IMG/VR virus record: IMGVR_UViG_3300005805_000161
Coordinates: 1-42,260 of that record
Source of the DNA: a virus
Lineage: Duplodnaviria; Caudoviricetes
Length of the DNA: 42,260 bases
Direction: 5' to 3' (one strand)
The position numbers were made by a program, and so were the translations under genes. Below the pieces are notes generated by a model. It saw only the letters and a list, made by a program, of their open reading frames with translations. It was not told the origin of the DNA and did not search any database. Each line of letters begins with the position of its first letter. The stretch's first letter is position 1. Positions 18,947-29,045 of this stretch are shown here, one piece after another.

Positions 18947-21900
18947 ATGGCAACAGTACAAGAGCTTGAGCGAGCCTTTCTAAACGCACACAACGCGGGA
19001 GATGCACAGGCCGCCCAGGCTCTGGCTGATGCTCTCCGTCAGGCCATGGCCACCCAGCCTGCGCCACAGCCTGCTGCCGCCCCCAAAGAACGCACGATGC
19101 TGGGGGCTGCCAAGGACATTGCCAAGGACATTGGTGCTGGCGCGGTATCTGGCGTGGGTGCGCTTGCCCAGCTTCCCGGTCAACTGTACGGCCTAGCCAC
19201 CGGCGACTTCTCTGACACTGGACTGACCAAGATCGGGCGTGAGCTGCGCGAGACCGGCGAGGGCATGAAGTCCGAAGCCTTGAAGCAGCGTGAGGCAGAG
19301 CGTGCGGCCAAGATCGCAGAAGCCAGCAAAGAAGGCCAAGTATCTGCTGGCGTCACGGCGTTCATGGAGACCATTAAGGATCCGGCGCTGCTGTCCAACT
19401 TCATCGCAGAGCAAGCTCCCAACCTTATTCCCGGTTTTGCCGTTGCCCGTGGCTTAAGTCTTGCTGGCGCGGGCGCGCGCACGGCCTTGGCAGGTGCTAT
19501 CGGCACGGGTGCTACACAGCAGGGTGCAGATATTGGTGCGGAAACGTTCAAGGAGATGCACAAGAAGCTGGTAGACCAAGGCATGTCTCCAGAAGAAGCT
19601 ACGGGCCGTGTGCTTGGCTACGCTCGTGCTGCTGGTTTAGGGGCTGCCGTTATATCTGTGGGGGCGCAAATACTGCCGGGCGGTCGCGCCATCGAAGAAG
19701 CTATGGCCAAAGTGCCAATCAAACCCGGCAAGTTTGGAAAGTTTGGAGTTGTTGCCAAGGGTGGCGCTGGCGAAACCGTCAGCGAGATGATCGAAGAGGG
19801 CGGCGGCAAAGTAGCACAGAATTATCAAATACAGAAGATAGACCCCACCCGTAGCCTGACAGAAGGGCTGGGCGAAACCATGGGTATGGCTGCTGTTGGC
19901 GGCCTTGGTCTTGGTACGGCCGCTGGGCTGTCCCGTCGGCAACAGGTAGAAACGTTACCACCTTCTGAGGAAGCGCCGATAAAACCAACGGTAACAGAGC
20001 CATCGCCATTGGAAGGCGCAGCTCAACCAACTTCGCCTGTTGAGCCAGCCCTGCCGACAGAGCCGGGTGTGCAGCAGCCTCGGTCGCCAGCAGGCTTTGC
20101 GCCGCCATCAGATGATGCGGTCAACGCTATGCAAAACTACTGGCAGGGTAAGCCAGAAGACTTTGGTATGTCATTCGCTGATATCCAAAACCGTGACCGC
20201 TCGCGTCCCGCGTCGATTCAGCAGATGAACAACATCGCGCAGCAGCCGGATTACAACCGCCTGTCTGTGTCCAGAGACTTTGGCGCTGGCGCGCCTGTGG
20301 TGATTAGCGACATACAGATTGATGACAACAGGCTTGGCCGTATTGATACCGTATCGGCCTCTGACGGTACGCAAATTCCTGTGCAGTATGCTGTATTGGA
20401 TGCGCGGCAGATCACGCCTAGCAACCGTTCTGACGGAAGCCTTGTGGCTGAATACGCAGCACCAGACTTCGAGGGCATCCGTCCTGTCGCTGGTAACGGG
20501 CGCGTGGCAGGCATCCAGAAGATGTACAACGAAGGCCCGTACGGCGCTTACGTAGATGCGCTGATGAATGATCCTGCGCACGGCATTAGCTCAGACGCTA
20601 TCTCCCAGATTGAGCAGCCAGTGCTGGTGCGGATTATGCCCAAGTCATCACTTACCCCTGATATTGCTGACAAGAGCAACGTCGGCGGTCAGCTTGGCAT
20701 GTCACCAACAGAGCAGGCAAAGATTGACATGGGCAGGTTTGACTTGCAGGGCATTCAGTTCCTTGCAGATGGCAGCCCGTCGCTTAACTCTGTGCGGCAG
20801 TTTGTTGCCGCTATGCCAAAAGAAGAACAGGCCAACTTGATCAACAAGCAGGGGCAGCCCACGCCGCTGGCAAAAATGCGTCTGGCTAATGCGTTGTTTG
20901 CTAGGGCATACGCGAATGATGCGCTGATTGATCTGTATGCAGAGACCACTGATCCAGAAGCAAAGCAGATCCTGAACGGGATGTCGATTGCTGCACCAGC
21001 CATGTCAAACCTTGAGGGCGCTGGCAACTATGACATCCGGCAATACGTTGCCAAGGCTGCCGAGCTGGCAGTCAACGCACGTCGCGCAGGCACAGACTTA
21101 GCGACGTATGTGGATCAGGGTGACATCGAGATGGACCCGCTGACCCGCGAAGTGGTCAGCATGTTTTCCGTTAACAAAAACGCACCACGCAGGATCGGTG
21201 ATTCTCTTAGCACGTTGGCAGCAGAAGCACGGAAAGCAGCAGAACAGGCAACAGCAGAGCCGGATATGTTTGGTAATGTTGCCGTTAGTCGTCCACTAGA
21301 AGATGTGTTTGCCGTCCTGCGATCAGAGCCAACTACTAAAGCTCCTATTGCAGAAGAAGAAAAGTCAAAAGAATTAAAAGGCACTGCCGCCGAAAAAGAA
21401 CGGTTTGTTATCAACAAAGACCCTGAGCACGAGCGCATAGAGAAAGAGCTGACCGGCAAGTCCATGTTGCAGGTAGCGCAGTGGGCTGTTGATAACGCAC
21501 CCAACCAGTTTGCCAAGGCTATTGCGCAGAAGGTGTCGAACCGCTTGAACGGCATGGCCAAGCGCGGCATCAAGATGGAGTTTGATGTTGCATCTGGGCA
21601 GCAGCGTCCGGTAAAGATGTACAACGCTCGCGGCTTGGTTGAGTTTGACTTTGGCCGTCCGGGTGAGGGCAAGCAGCCGGCATTCAAGATGACCATCAAC
21701 GGCGCTGCTGTCATGGACAATCAGGGCGGCTATCCTCCGGGTGCGCGATATATCACGGTCTTGCACGAGCTGTTGCACGTAGCTACTGTCGGCCAGATCA
21801 ATGTCTTGAAGGGCAGCGATCCGCTGGTCAAGGATCTGCGCGACCTGTTCAACAAGGTGGTAACGCATTTCAACAATGAGGTGCGCGCCGGCCGTCTTAC

Positions 21901-24900
21901 TCCGATCATGGAGAAGATGTACGCCCAAGAAATCAACGCGCTGTCTAGCCCGGACGAGCTACTGGCGTGGGGTATCGCTGACAAGGAGATGCAGGAGTTC
22001 CTAAGCGAGATCAAGGTTGGTGATCAGACCATCATGGACAAGCTTGTGGAGTTGATCCGCAAGATCCTGAACGTTACCAAGCCGTACCTGACGGCCCTAG
22101 ACCAGCTAGTCAAGACCACAGAGTCTATCTTGGATGAGGATGTGGACGTAGTTGGCGACAAGATCATAGCCAAGCAGTACAGCTTTGGCGTCAAGCCAGG
22201 AATGGGCGAGGCCGTACAAGGTAGCCTGTTCGAGCAAGCCGGTAAGCCTAGCCGTATTGAGCGAGCCAAGCAAGCGGCCAAGGCTGCTATCCAGCCGCGC
22301 AAGCTGCCAAAGAGCCAGTTCGAGGGTGTGTCTGACGAGTACTACGATGCGCTAAAGCCTATCTTTGCTCCCGAGAAGAAGACTGTCGTGGACAAGATTG
22401 ACGGTATGCGCGATGACTTCTGGCGCAAGCTGGCGCAGGGTATCGCTGACCAGTACCGCACGATTAAAGACTACAGCGAAGAAGCGTACATGAAAGCCCG
22501 CATGTCGAAGACGATCGACGGCGCGCTGGAGGGCATCCTGTTCAACGGTGAGGTCAAGCTGACGGACGGTGCGCTGGATATCGCCAAAGACACCAAAGGC
22601 TTGATGAAGGTTCTGGAGCCTGTGGGTGGCGAGGTTGACCGTTACCAGATTTGGGTGGCACTGAACCGTGATGCGCAGCTTGTGCGCCAAGGCAAAGCTC
22701 CGTCTGTCAGTAAAGAAGTGGTAGCCCGTCGCAACGAGTTGGCTGCCGGCAAGATCGGCAACAAGTCGCGGTTGGAGGTCTACCAGCAGGTTCAGCAAGA
22801 CATGAACAAGCTGAACCGCTCTGTCCTCAAGATTGCCTACCAGCAGGGCATCATCGACAAGGAAGCCTACAAGGTCTACGCCAGAGACATCAACTACATC
22901 CCGTTCTACAAGGTCATGGATGAGAACGGCGACGTTCAGTCTGCGGCAACGAAGTCAGGGCTGGTCAGTCAGTACTTCTCAAAGGCGCTGAAGGGTGGAG
23001 AAAAGCCATTCGGTGATCTGATGGAGAACACCTTGCGCAACTGGAGTCACATCCTGTCTGCGTCGATGAAGAACGAGGCTGCCAATGCCACCGTGCGTGC
23101 GGCGCTAGACATGGGTGCTGCGTATCCGAACCTGAAGGTTGGATTCATGTGGCGCGATGGCAAGGTTTACAGCACCAAGTCTGGCCAACTGGTCAACGGC
23201 GGCAAGCTCAAGCCAGAGTTCACGACCAGCGGCAAGGGCATGATCAAGACCATGATCGACGGCAAGCCAGCTTACTTTGATGTGGTAGATCCGCTGCTGC
23301 TTGAGTCCATCATGTCGATCGGCTACATGGGGCCGAAGTCCAAGTTCTTGGATATGGCGCGAGACTTTAAGAACATGCTTCAGTTTGGCGTTACTCTTGC
23401 CCCTGGATTTAAAGTGCGCAACCTTATCAGGGATTCCGGTCAGGCTGCTGCTGTATCCGGCCTAAGCCTGAACTTGCCGGGTAATGTGTTGACTGGTCTT
23501 CGCGCTACCGACAAGAACAATCCTGAATATATTTCGGCGCTGGCTGGCGGTGCCGTCTTTAACTTTGGCACTGCGTACGAGGGCGATCAGTCCAAGATGG
23601 TGAAGCGGCTAATCAAACAGGGCGTAAACCCAGACAATATCCTGGACACGAAAGAAAAAATAAAAAAAGGTCTATCGTTGGCTTGGGATAAATACCAAGA
23701 ATGGGGAAATAAATCTGAAGCGGCCAACCGTATGGCGTTGTACATGCAGCTTAAGAAAAAAGGTTACAGCCACCTTGAGGCATCATTCCATGCCCGCGAT
23801 CTTCTTGATTTTTCAATGCAAGGTGCATGGCCAGCTTTCCGTCTAGTTACGCAGGTCGTGCCGTTCTTAAACGCCCGCGTGCAGGGTCTGTATAAGCTTG
23901 GCCGCGACGGCATTATCCCAACCAGTCGAGTTATCTATAACAGCGTCACTGGCAAACCTATTGAAGCCACAGATAAACAACGCGCCCAACAGTTTTCGGT
24001 TGTCACTGGAGCTGTAGTCTTGGCATCGATGATGCTGTATATGGCGTTTAAAGACGATGAGGAGTTCAAAAAACGTGAGCAGTGGGATCGGGATAACTTC
24101 TGGTGGTTCAAGCTGCCAGGCATGGATTCAGCACTTCGCATACCTAAACCGTTTGAGATAGGTGCATTCGGCACATTAGCAGAACGCCTTATGGAACAGA
24201 TGATTGATAAAGGCGCAGAGGGTAAAGTGTTTGAGCAGAGCATGAAGCGTATGCTGACTGATACCTTTGCCATCAACCCTATCCCGCAGATGATCAAACC
24301 GCTGGTGGATCTGTACGCCAACAAGGACAGCTTTACTGGCGCGCCGATTGAGACTGCCGGCATGGAGCGCCTGTCCAAAGAACAGCGTATCGCAGAAAGA
24401 ACTAGTCCGTTGGCCATCGCTCTGTCCAAAACATCAAATGTCTTCTTGCCTGAAAGCACCGAGGTCTCCCCTGTGCAGGTTGACTATGCCATCAAAGCGT
24501 ATCTTGGTTGGTTGGGCGGCACCATTTCTTGGTCGTCGCATTACGCTGTGCAACCGTTTTCCAAGTCTGCATACCCGGATAACAACTGGAAAGAAACTTT
24601 TTCTATGGGGTTCATCAAGTCCCTGCCGGCCACGCAGTCCAAGTACGTCACGGCGTTCTACGAGAACAACAAGGAGATCAGCCAGGCTTATGCTGACATG
24701 CGCCACTTCGCCCAGCTAGGTCAGGCAGATAAGGTGCAAGAGATCCTAAAGGAGAAGGGCGACAAGATTGCCATGGCCAAGTTCTACGACAATGCGTCCA
24801 AGGATATGGCCAAGGTACGGCAGGCGATCCAGGCTATCCGCAACGATGAGCAGATGTCTGGTGCTCAGAAGAAGGAAGAGATTGACCGGCTGAAGGTGTT

Positions 24901-24970
24901 GATCGGTGAGATTGCCCGCCAGATGGAGGAGGCTAGGCTGATGGTCAAGAAGAGTTATGCCGCTCAATAG
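18947..24970 (+). CDS. large polyvalent protein (DdrB-like ParB domain, HExxH zincin-like motif, LPD38-like C-terminus)
   Basis: 2007 aa; VAGNGRVAGI (ParB/DdrB-like), LHELLH...DELLAW, and C-terminal DNFWWF..LRIPKPFEIG. Confidence 0.8.
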   Translation: MATVQELERAFLNAHNAGDAQAAQALADALRQAMATQPAPQPAAAPKERTMLGAAKDIAKDIGAGAVSGVGALAQLPGQLYGLATGDFSDTGLTKIGRELRETGEGMKSEALKQREAERAAKIAEASKEGQVSAGVTAFMETIKDPALLSNFIAEQAPNLIPGFAVARGLSLAGAGARTALAGAIGTGATQQGADIGAETFKEMHKKLVDQGMSPEEATGRVLGYARAAGLGAAVISVGAQILPGGRAIEEAMAKVPIKPGKFGKFGVVAKGGAGETVSEMIEEGGGKVAQNYQIQKIDPTRSLTEGLGETMGMAAVGGLGLGTAAGLSRRQQVETLPPSEEAPIKPTVTEPSPLEGAAQPTSPVEPALPTEPGVQQPRSPAGFAPPSDDAVNAMQNYWQGKPEDFGMSFADIQNRDRSRPASIQQMNNIAQQPDYNRLSVSRDFGAGAPVVISDIQIDDNRLGRIDTVSASDGTQIPVQYAVLDARQITPSNRSDGSLVAEYAAPDFEGIRPVAGNGRVAGIQKMYNEGPYGAYVDALMNDPAHGISSDAISQIEQPVLVRIMPKSSLTPDIADKSNVGGQLGMSPTEQAKIDMGRFDLQGIQFLADGSPSLNSVRQFVAAMPKEEQANLINKQGQPTPLAKMRLANALFARAYANDALIDLYAETTDPEAKQILNGMSIAAPAMSNLEGAGNYDIRQYVAKAAELAVNARRAGTDLATYVDQGDIEMDPLTREVVSMFSVNKNAPRRIGDSLSTLAAEARKAAEQATAEPDMFGNVAVSRPLEDVFAVLRSEPTTKAPIAEEEKSKELKGTAAEKERFVINKDPEHERIEKELTGKSMLQVAQWAVDNAPNQFAKAIAQKVSNRLNGMAKRGIKMEFDVASGQQRPVKMYNARGLVEFDFGRPGEGKQPAFKMTINGAAVMDNQGGYPPGARYITVLHELLHVATVGQINVLKGSDPLVKDLRDLFNKVVTHFNNEVRAGRLTPIMEKMYAQEINALSSPDELLAWGIADKEMQEFLSEIKVGDQTIMDKLVELIRKILNVTKPYLTALDQLVKTTESILDEDVDVVGDKIIAKQYSFGVKPGMGEAVQGSLFEQAGKPSRIERAKQAAKAAIQPRKLPKSQFEGVSDEYYDALKPIFAPEKKTVVDKIDGMRDDFWRKLAQGIADQYRTIKDYSEEAYMKARMSKTIDGALEGILFNGEVKLTDGALDIAKDTKGLMKVLEPVGGEVDRYQIWVALNRDAQLVRQGKAPSVSKEVVARRNELAAGKIGNKSRLEVYQQVQQDMNKLNRSVLKIAYQQGIIDKEAYKVYARDINYIPFYKVMDENGDVQSAATKSGLVSQYFSKALKGGEKPFGDLMENTLRNWSHILSASMKNEAANATVRAALDMGAAYPNLKVGFMWRDGKVYSTKSGQLVNGGKLKPEFTTSGKGMIKTMIDGKPAYFDVVDPLLLESIMSIGYMGPKSKFLDMARDFKNMLQFGVTLAPGFKVRNLIRDSGQAAAVSGLSLNLPGNVLTGLRATDKNNPEYISALAGGAVFNFGTAYEGDQSKMVKRLIKQGVNPDNILDTKEKIKKGLSLAWDKYQEWGNKSEAANRMALYMQLKKKGYSHLEASFHARDLLDFSMQGAWPAFRLVTQVVPFLNARVQGLYKLGRDGIIPTSRVIYNSVTGKPIEATDKQRAQQFSVVTGAVVLASMMLYMAFKDDEEFKKREQWDRDNFWWFKLPGMDSALRIPKPFEIGAFGTLAERLMEQMIDKGAEGKVFEQSMKRMLTDTFAINPIPQMIKPLVDLYANKDSFTGAPIETAGMERLSKEQRIAERTSPLAIALSKTSNVFLPESTEVSPVQVDYAIKAYLGWLGGTISWSSHYAVQPFSKSAYPDNNWKETFSMGFIKSLPATQSKYVTAFYENNKEISQAYADMRHFAQLGQADKVQEILKEKGDKIAMAKFYDNASKDMAKVRQAIQAIRNDEQMSGAQKKEEIDRLKVLIGEIARQMEEARLMVKKSYAAQ

Positions 24971-25226
24971 TCATGGCCATGAGATCCCACTCTGTGAGCT
25001 TGTAGCGTGTATAAAACCCTCTGCTTCCTAACCCATGGTAGCCTGACTTTCCAACGTGATGTTCAGGGCAGAGGGGTATCACCAGCCAGTCCGAAGCCTT
25101 CTGCGCCCCGCCTGCTGCGTCCCGAGGATGGTGGAGAACGGCAGGCGTGTAGCCGAGATCAAGGTGATGACACATCACGCAACCGATCTGCGCTACTTCG
25201 TTCATGTACTCCTTAAGGCTCTTCAC
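24945..25226 (-). CDS. Ref-like / HNH-like zinc nuclease
   Basis: GCVMC..HHPR..G..KASDW.VIPLCPEHH motif. Confidence 0.8.
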   Translation of the reverse strand: MKSLKEYMNEVAQIGCVMCHHLDLGYTPAVLHHPRDAAGGAQKASDWLVIPLCPEHHVGKSGYHGLGSRGFYTRYKLTEWDLMAMTIERHNSS

Positions 25227-25446
25227 TGTTGCCCCTTGCGCGGATCATGTGCGATGCAAGCCAATAATCATCCTCCTCAAGCGCTTTTGCGCAAGCTTCT
25301 CTCTCAATTGCAATGATCTTTTCTACTATTTTTTTACGTTGCAAATCTTCAATTTCATATTGATATCTATCGTGGTAATCCACTAGCTCCGCATGCGCTT
25401 CTGCGATTGATTTCTTCCAAATTAAATCTATCTCATCTTTAGTCAT
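25213..25446 (-). CDS. small hypothetical protein (EREACAK family)
   Basis: Start moved to ATG 25446 (ATGA overlap); IEREACAKAL..IRARG. Confidence 0.7.
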   Translation of the reverse strand: MTKDEIDLIWKKSIAEAHAELVDYHDRYQYEIEDLQRKKIVEKIIAIEREACAKALEEDDYWLASHMIRARGNSEEP

Positions 25447-25661
25447 CCCTGCCCCCTTGCGCGAATTTCTGCTGCAATCTCCGCCATCTCTGGCTCGCTT
25501 GATGGGCCGTCGTGCCATCGGTCAACAATCTTCGCGCATTCTTCGCGCTCTGCTGCAAGCATTCGGCCAAGATCGTCAGAATTGACGATAAACACACCCT
25601 CAGATAATGTCTCTGGAAGCCCTTGCTCCCGCGCCATGCGGATAATGTCATCCCTGTTCAT
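25443..25661 (-). CDS. small hypothetical protein (EREECAK family)
   Basis: MNRDDIIRMARE..AAEREECAKI..IRARG. Confidence 0.75.
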   Translation of the reverse strand: MNRDDIIRMAREQGLPETLSEGVFIVNSDDLGRMLAAEREECAKIVDRWHDGPSSEPEMAEIAAEIRARGQG

Positions 25662-25854
25662 CTTCGCTCCTATATTTTTTCGGTAATCGGTAGTGCTTCT
25701 CCCATGTCTCCTGCGGTATCTCGATGGACATCATCTTGAAGTCGCACTCCTTGCAGACGCGCTGACGCTGCACGAAGTCAAACGTGTTGGATATGTCCCG
25801 ATACCTTCTGGTGTCAGTGACTAGGGTCTTCTTGTCGCAGGATGGGCACCACAT
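25648..25854 (-). CDS. NrdR-like N-terminal zinc-ribbon protein
   Basis: CPSC..VTDTR..RQRVCKEC; no ATP-cone domain. Confidence 0.75.
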   Translation of the reverse strand: MWCPSCDKKTLVTDTRRYRDISNTFDFVQRQRVCKECDFKMMSIEIPQETWEKHYRLPKKYRSEDEQG

Positions 25855-26765
25855 TATTTTAAGATCTTGTCGGTTGCGAGAAAGATAGTTTCCAGCGATG
25901 TCAGTGTAGGCCGGTATCCCAGCGCGTACGCCGCTGTGTTCACAGAGTAATACTTCTCCTTAACGCCGGTTGATGGCAACCCTACTTGATGTCCGACAGT
26001 CTCATACTCCAGCCCGTACCTGTGCGCCATCTTTTCCAGTAGGGTGTCCTTGCTGACTGGCTGTCGGCTGTAGCAGTCGATGGCAGTGTTGATGTTGTCC
26101 GTGGTCAGCAGCACGTTGATCATCTGGTAGAAGTCCAGCGGGCCGATGTAGTCACGCATGATGGGTGTGCGGTCAGCCTTGAAGATAGTCTTCTCCTGTA
26201 TTGCCCGGATAATATCTGTGATCATGAACCGGTGCTTTAGGCTCATGGTGTGGCTGAAGTAGTTGAACAAACGCAGGTCGATGATGTTCCTGCCGCTCAT
26301 GCGGTGCCGCACCTCCGCCATCGCCTTGGCCAGACCGTAGTAGTTCTCTGGCTGGATGTTATTGATAGGGAAGACAGCGTGTTTCTGGGTATCTGCGGGC
26401 GTTTGGAAGTTGTCACCGAAAGCAGCACCGCTGGACAAGAAGATATACAGGCAGTTCCTGTTCTCCTCCAGATACTCCATTGCCATGCGGTCAAAGGTCT
26501 CGGTGATGTTGAAGATGTTGGCACCCATCTTCTTCACACGCTCAGGGTTGCCTGCGCCTACGAAGTTAATGATGGCATCTACGCCCCTGACTGCCGGGAA
26601 GTCGAAGTACGTTCGGCTGTGGTAATTGTTCAGGTTATGTTCAACCATCCACCTGCCCATGGCTGTAGCCTCGCGGGAGAATAGTTCCAGCTCGTGCTCG
26701 TCGCTGAAGGACAGGATCAGGTCTTTGGCGATCTGGCTGGTAGCTCCAAGGATGGCGATCTTCAT
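25854..26765 (-). CDS. NAD-dependent epimerase/dehydratase/reductase (extended SDR)
   Basis: ILGATSQIA Rossmann motif, FLSSGA, catalytic YGLAK, RDYI. Confidence 0.9.
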   Translation of the reverse strand: MKIAILGATSQIAKDLILSFSDEHELELFSREATAMGRWMVEHNLNNYHSRTYFDFPAVRGVDAIINFVGAGNPERVKKMGANIFNITETFDRMAMEYLEENRNCLYIFLSSGAAFGDNFQTPADTQKHAVFPINNIQPENYYGLAKAMAEVRHRMSGRNIIDLRLFNYFSHTMSLKHRFMITDIIRAIQEKTIFKADRTPIMRDYIGPLDFYQMINVLLTTDNINTAIDCYSRQPVSKDTLLEKMAHRYGLEYETVGHQVGLPSTGVKEKYYSVNTAAYALGYRPTLTSLETIFLATDKILK

Positions 26766-27496
26766 GCCTGCACCACCATTTCTGCGGCCAGCTCTTCGTC
26801 AGATAGGAACGGAGCCATGTTGTGCAGTGGCATTTGCTTGCCATCCTTTAGCCCTTGTGATGGGAAAAGCTGCTGGTTTTGTGTGCACTGGACATTAATC
26901 AATACTGGTTTTTCCATGCACAGTATTTCTTTAAAGAATTTGAACTGTGCAACTGTGTGCACATACCTGCTGGATATGCCAAATGTTGATGCTAGTTGCT
27001 CAAAGTCAGGGAACCACAATCCTGTTTCTTTATTCACGCCATACACCCTGCCGTTGTAAAACTTGGATTGAGTGTTCTTGATGCTGAGATAGCCTTTGTT
27101 GTTCAGAACTATGATCTTGATTGGCAGGTTGTGATTGAGGATTACCGCCAACTCCTGCACATTAGACATGAAGCTTCCATCTCCAACGATGCAGATAACA
27201 TTCTTTGCCCCCGCCATGGCCACGCCGATGGAGGCGGGCAGCGCCCAGCCCATGTCGCCCTGCGATTGACTCATGACAATTCGCTGCTGTGCCCGGATGC
27301 GCGCAGCCTGCGGGAGCGTGTAGTAAGCGGTGCCTGCATCTGCCATCAACACAGCATCGTCTGGCGCGTGGCGGAAAATAGCGTCCAGTACGGCGTAGAT
27401 GTTCAAGCCATGCGTGTCATCCAGATACTCCGGCTGCATGACAGGCCATTTATGTTTCCAATGCTGGCACTTGTTTATCCATTGTTGTCTGGTCAT
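26762..27496 (-). CDS. ThDP-dependent enzyme, C-terminal ThDP-binding part (AHAS/YerE-like)
   Basis: GDMGWALPASIG and the GDGSF..(x)..NN ThDP motif. Confidence 0.88.
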   Translation of the reverse strand: MTRQQWINKCQHWKHKWPVMQPEYLDDTHGLNIYAVLDAIFRHAPDDAVLMADAGTAYYTLPQAARIRAQQRIVMSQSQGDMGWALPASIGVAMAGAKNVICIVGDGSFMSNVQELAVILNHNLPIKIIVLNNKGYLSIKNTQSKFYNGRVYGVNKETGLWFPDFEQLASTFGISSRYVHTVAQFKFFKEILCMEKPVLINVQCTQNQQLFPSQGLKDGKQMPLHNMAPFLSDEELAAEMVVQA

Positions 27497-28512
27497 AGCA
27501 TGGCTCCGAAGAATTGTTCTAACGGTATGTTGATCTTGTGGTCTACCGGCACGATGTCCTTGGCCAGCTCGTTGGCATCTATGTCCACGTAGATCTTGCG
27601 GCTCTTAGGGCTGAACTGCTTGGGGTCGTAGCCAATCACGCCAGCGTTCATGGAAGATCCAAGAATCAGCAGGAGGTCAGCGTTCTGCATGGCAAAGTTT
27701 CCAAACCTAGTGCCACGCGAGCCTACGGTTCCCATGTTTAGCGGGTGGTCGTACGGCAGGTAATCTTGTGCGCCATAGCTGGTGACAAATGGGATCTCGT
27801 ACTTGGTGACAAACTGGACAAACTGCTCCACGCAGCCAGACTGCCGGATACCCATGCCTGCCAAGATGATTGGGCGGTTGGCATTCTTCATGTCGTGCCA
27901 GATGGTCATAGGGTTGAAGTCATACTCAAGTTCGGCATTTGTTGGTATGTGGCAATAATGAACAGGGATCTCCGGCATCTCTGCCTGCTGGATATCTATG
28001 GGAATGTCTATCCATACAGGCCCCGGCCTCCCTAATGTTGCGTGATGTACTGCGGCTTCCAGCGCGATACTGACAAAATTAACATCGGAAACGAAAATTG
28101 ATAGCTTGGTCATCGACCTCACGGTTGTGGTGATGTCGTGTTCTTGCAATCCGTAGTGACGCAGCGACAAGTTTTTTTCTTTGTTGATATGCGCCGTGCA
28201 TGTGTCCTTGCGCACGTTGCCTGACAGGAACAGCACCGGCACTCCGTCCTGCCAAGCGTTCAGCACACTGGTAGCGCAGTTTGTTCCCCCGCACCCGGTG
28301 GTAGGGTTGACCACGGCCAGCTTGCCTGTGTACTTAGCCTCGCCTATGGCTGCGTGGCCAGCGCCCTGCTCGTGGTGGTAACAGATGTACTCTATGCCGC
28401 CGTGCTTGATGAAGCCGTCGTTTAACCCTGCCGCTCCGCCACCCATCAGCCCATGCACCCGGCGCACGCCTATGCTGTGCAGGTACTCTGCAATCCAGTC
28501 GGCTACTCTCAT
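27493..28512 (-). CDS. ThDP-dependent enzyme, N-terminal and middle domains (AHAS/YerE-like)
   Basis: MRVADWI..HHEQGAGHAA (catalytic Glu), GRPGPVWIDIP; GGAGAG RBS before ATG 28512. Confidence 0.9.
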   Translation of the reverse strand: MRVADWIAEYLHSIGVRRVHGLMGGGAAGLNDGFIKHGGIEYICYHHEQGAGHAAIGEAKYTGKLAVVNPTTGCGGTNCATSVLNAWQDGVPVLFLSGNVRKDTCTAHINKEKNLSLRHYGLQEHDITTTVRSMTKLSIFVSDVNFVSIALEAAVHHATLGRPGPVWIDIPIDIQQAEMPEIPVHYCHIPTNAELEYDFNPMTIWHDMKNANRPIILAGMGIRQSGCVEQFVQFVTKYEIPFVTSYGAQDYLPYDHPLNMGTVGSRGTRFGNFAMQNADLLLILGSSMNAGVIGYDPKQFSPKSRKIYVDIDANELAKDIVPVDHKINIPLEQFFGAML

Positions 28513-28526
28513 ATCACTCTCCAAAA

Positions 28527-29045
28527 TTATCGTGCGTTGAATGCTATAACTGTTTTTCTGCCAGACTGGTTTGGTTTTGATTCATGCTCAAACGCTCCAG
28601 GGAATGAAAGTATTTGACCTTCTTTTACAGGAACAGAAAACTCTTTTCCAAACAAATGAAATGTTGTCAAAGAACTTCCGGTCGGTAATTCAACATAGTA
28701 AATACAAGAAAAACATGAATGATGTCTATGTGGCCCATGATAGTCTCCAATTTCATATTGCTGAAACCAATAATTATCTAAACTAAGATTTGGCGGATTG
28801 TGATATTTAATGACTTCTGATAATTTATTTAAATATTTTTCAAATATGTTTCCAACAACATCCATGTATGGGCGATGAATATCGCTTGCTATAAGCCAAT
28901 CTGTTTTTGAAATCAATTCACAGTCTGTTTTTATGTCTGTATTTGGGCAAACATTTATTTGTTCTAAAACTTTTTCTTTTATTTCTAAATGATTAGGAAC
29001 GGAATCTACAAACATAGGGAACTTGTGCTCCAAAATTTCTATCAT
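28527..29045 (-). CDS. putative 2OG-Fe(II) oxygenase (AT-rich)
   Basis: WFQQY..DYHGPHRH..CIYYVELP..FPG..HES..RKTVIAFN; start at 29045 by ATGA overlap. Confidence 0.8.
   Translation of the reverse strand: MIEILEHKFPMFVDSVPNHLEIKEKVLEQINVCPNTDIKTDCELISKTDWLIASDIHRPYMDVVGNIFEKYLNKLSEVIKYHNPPNLSLDNYWFQQYEIGDYHGPHRHHSCFSCIYYVELPTGSSLTTFHLFGKEFSVPVKEGQILSFPGAFEHESKPNQSGRKTVIAFNAR

Noticed and set aside
26762-28512. Acetolactate synthase (ilvB) as an amino-acid auxiliary gene
   Set aside because: No regulatory subunit or other ilv genes; the context is nucleotide-sugar synthesis.
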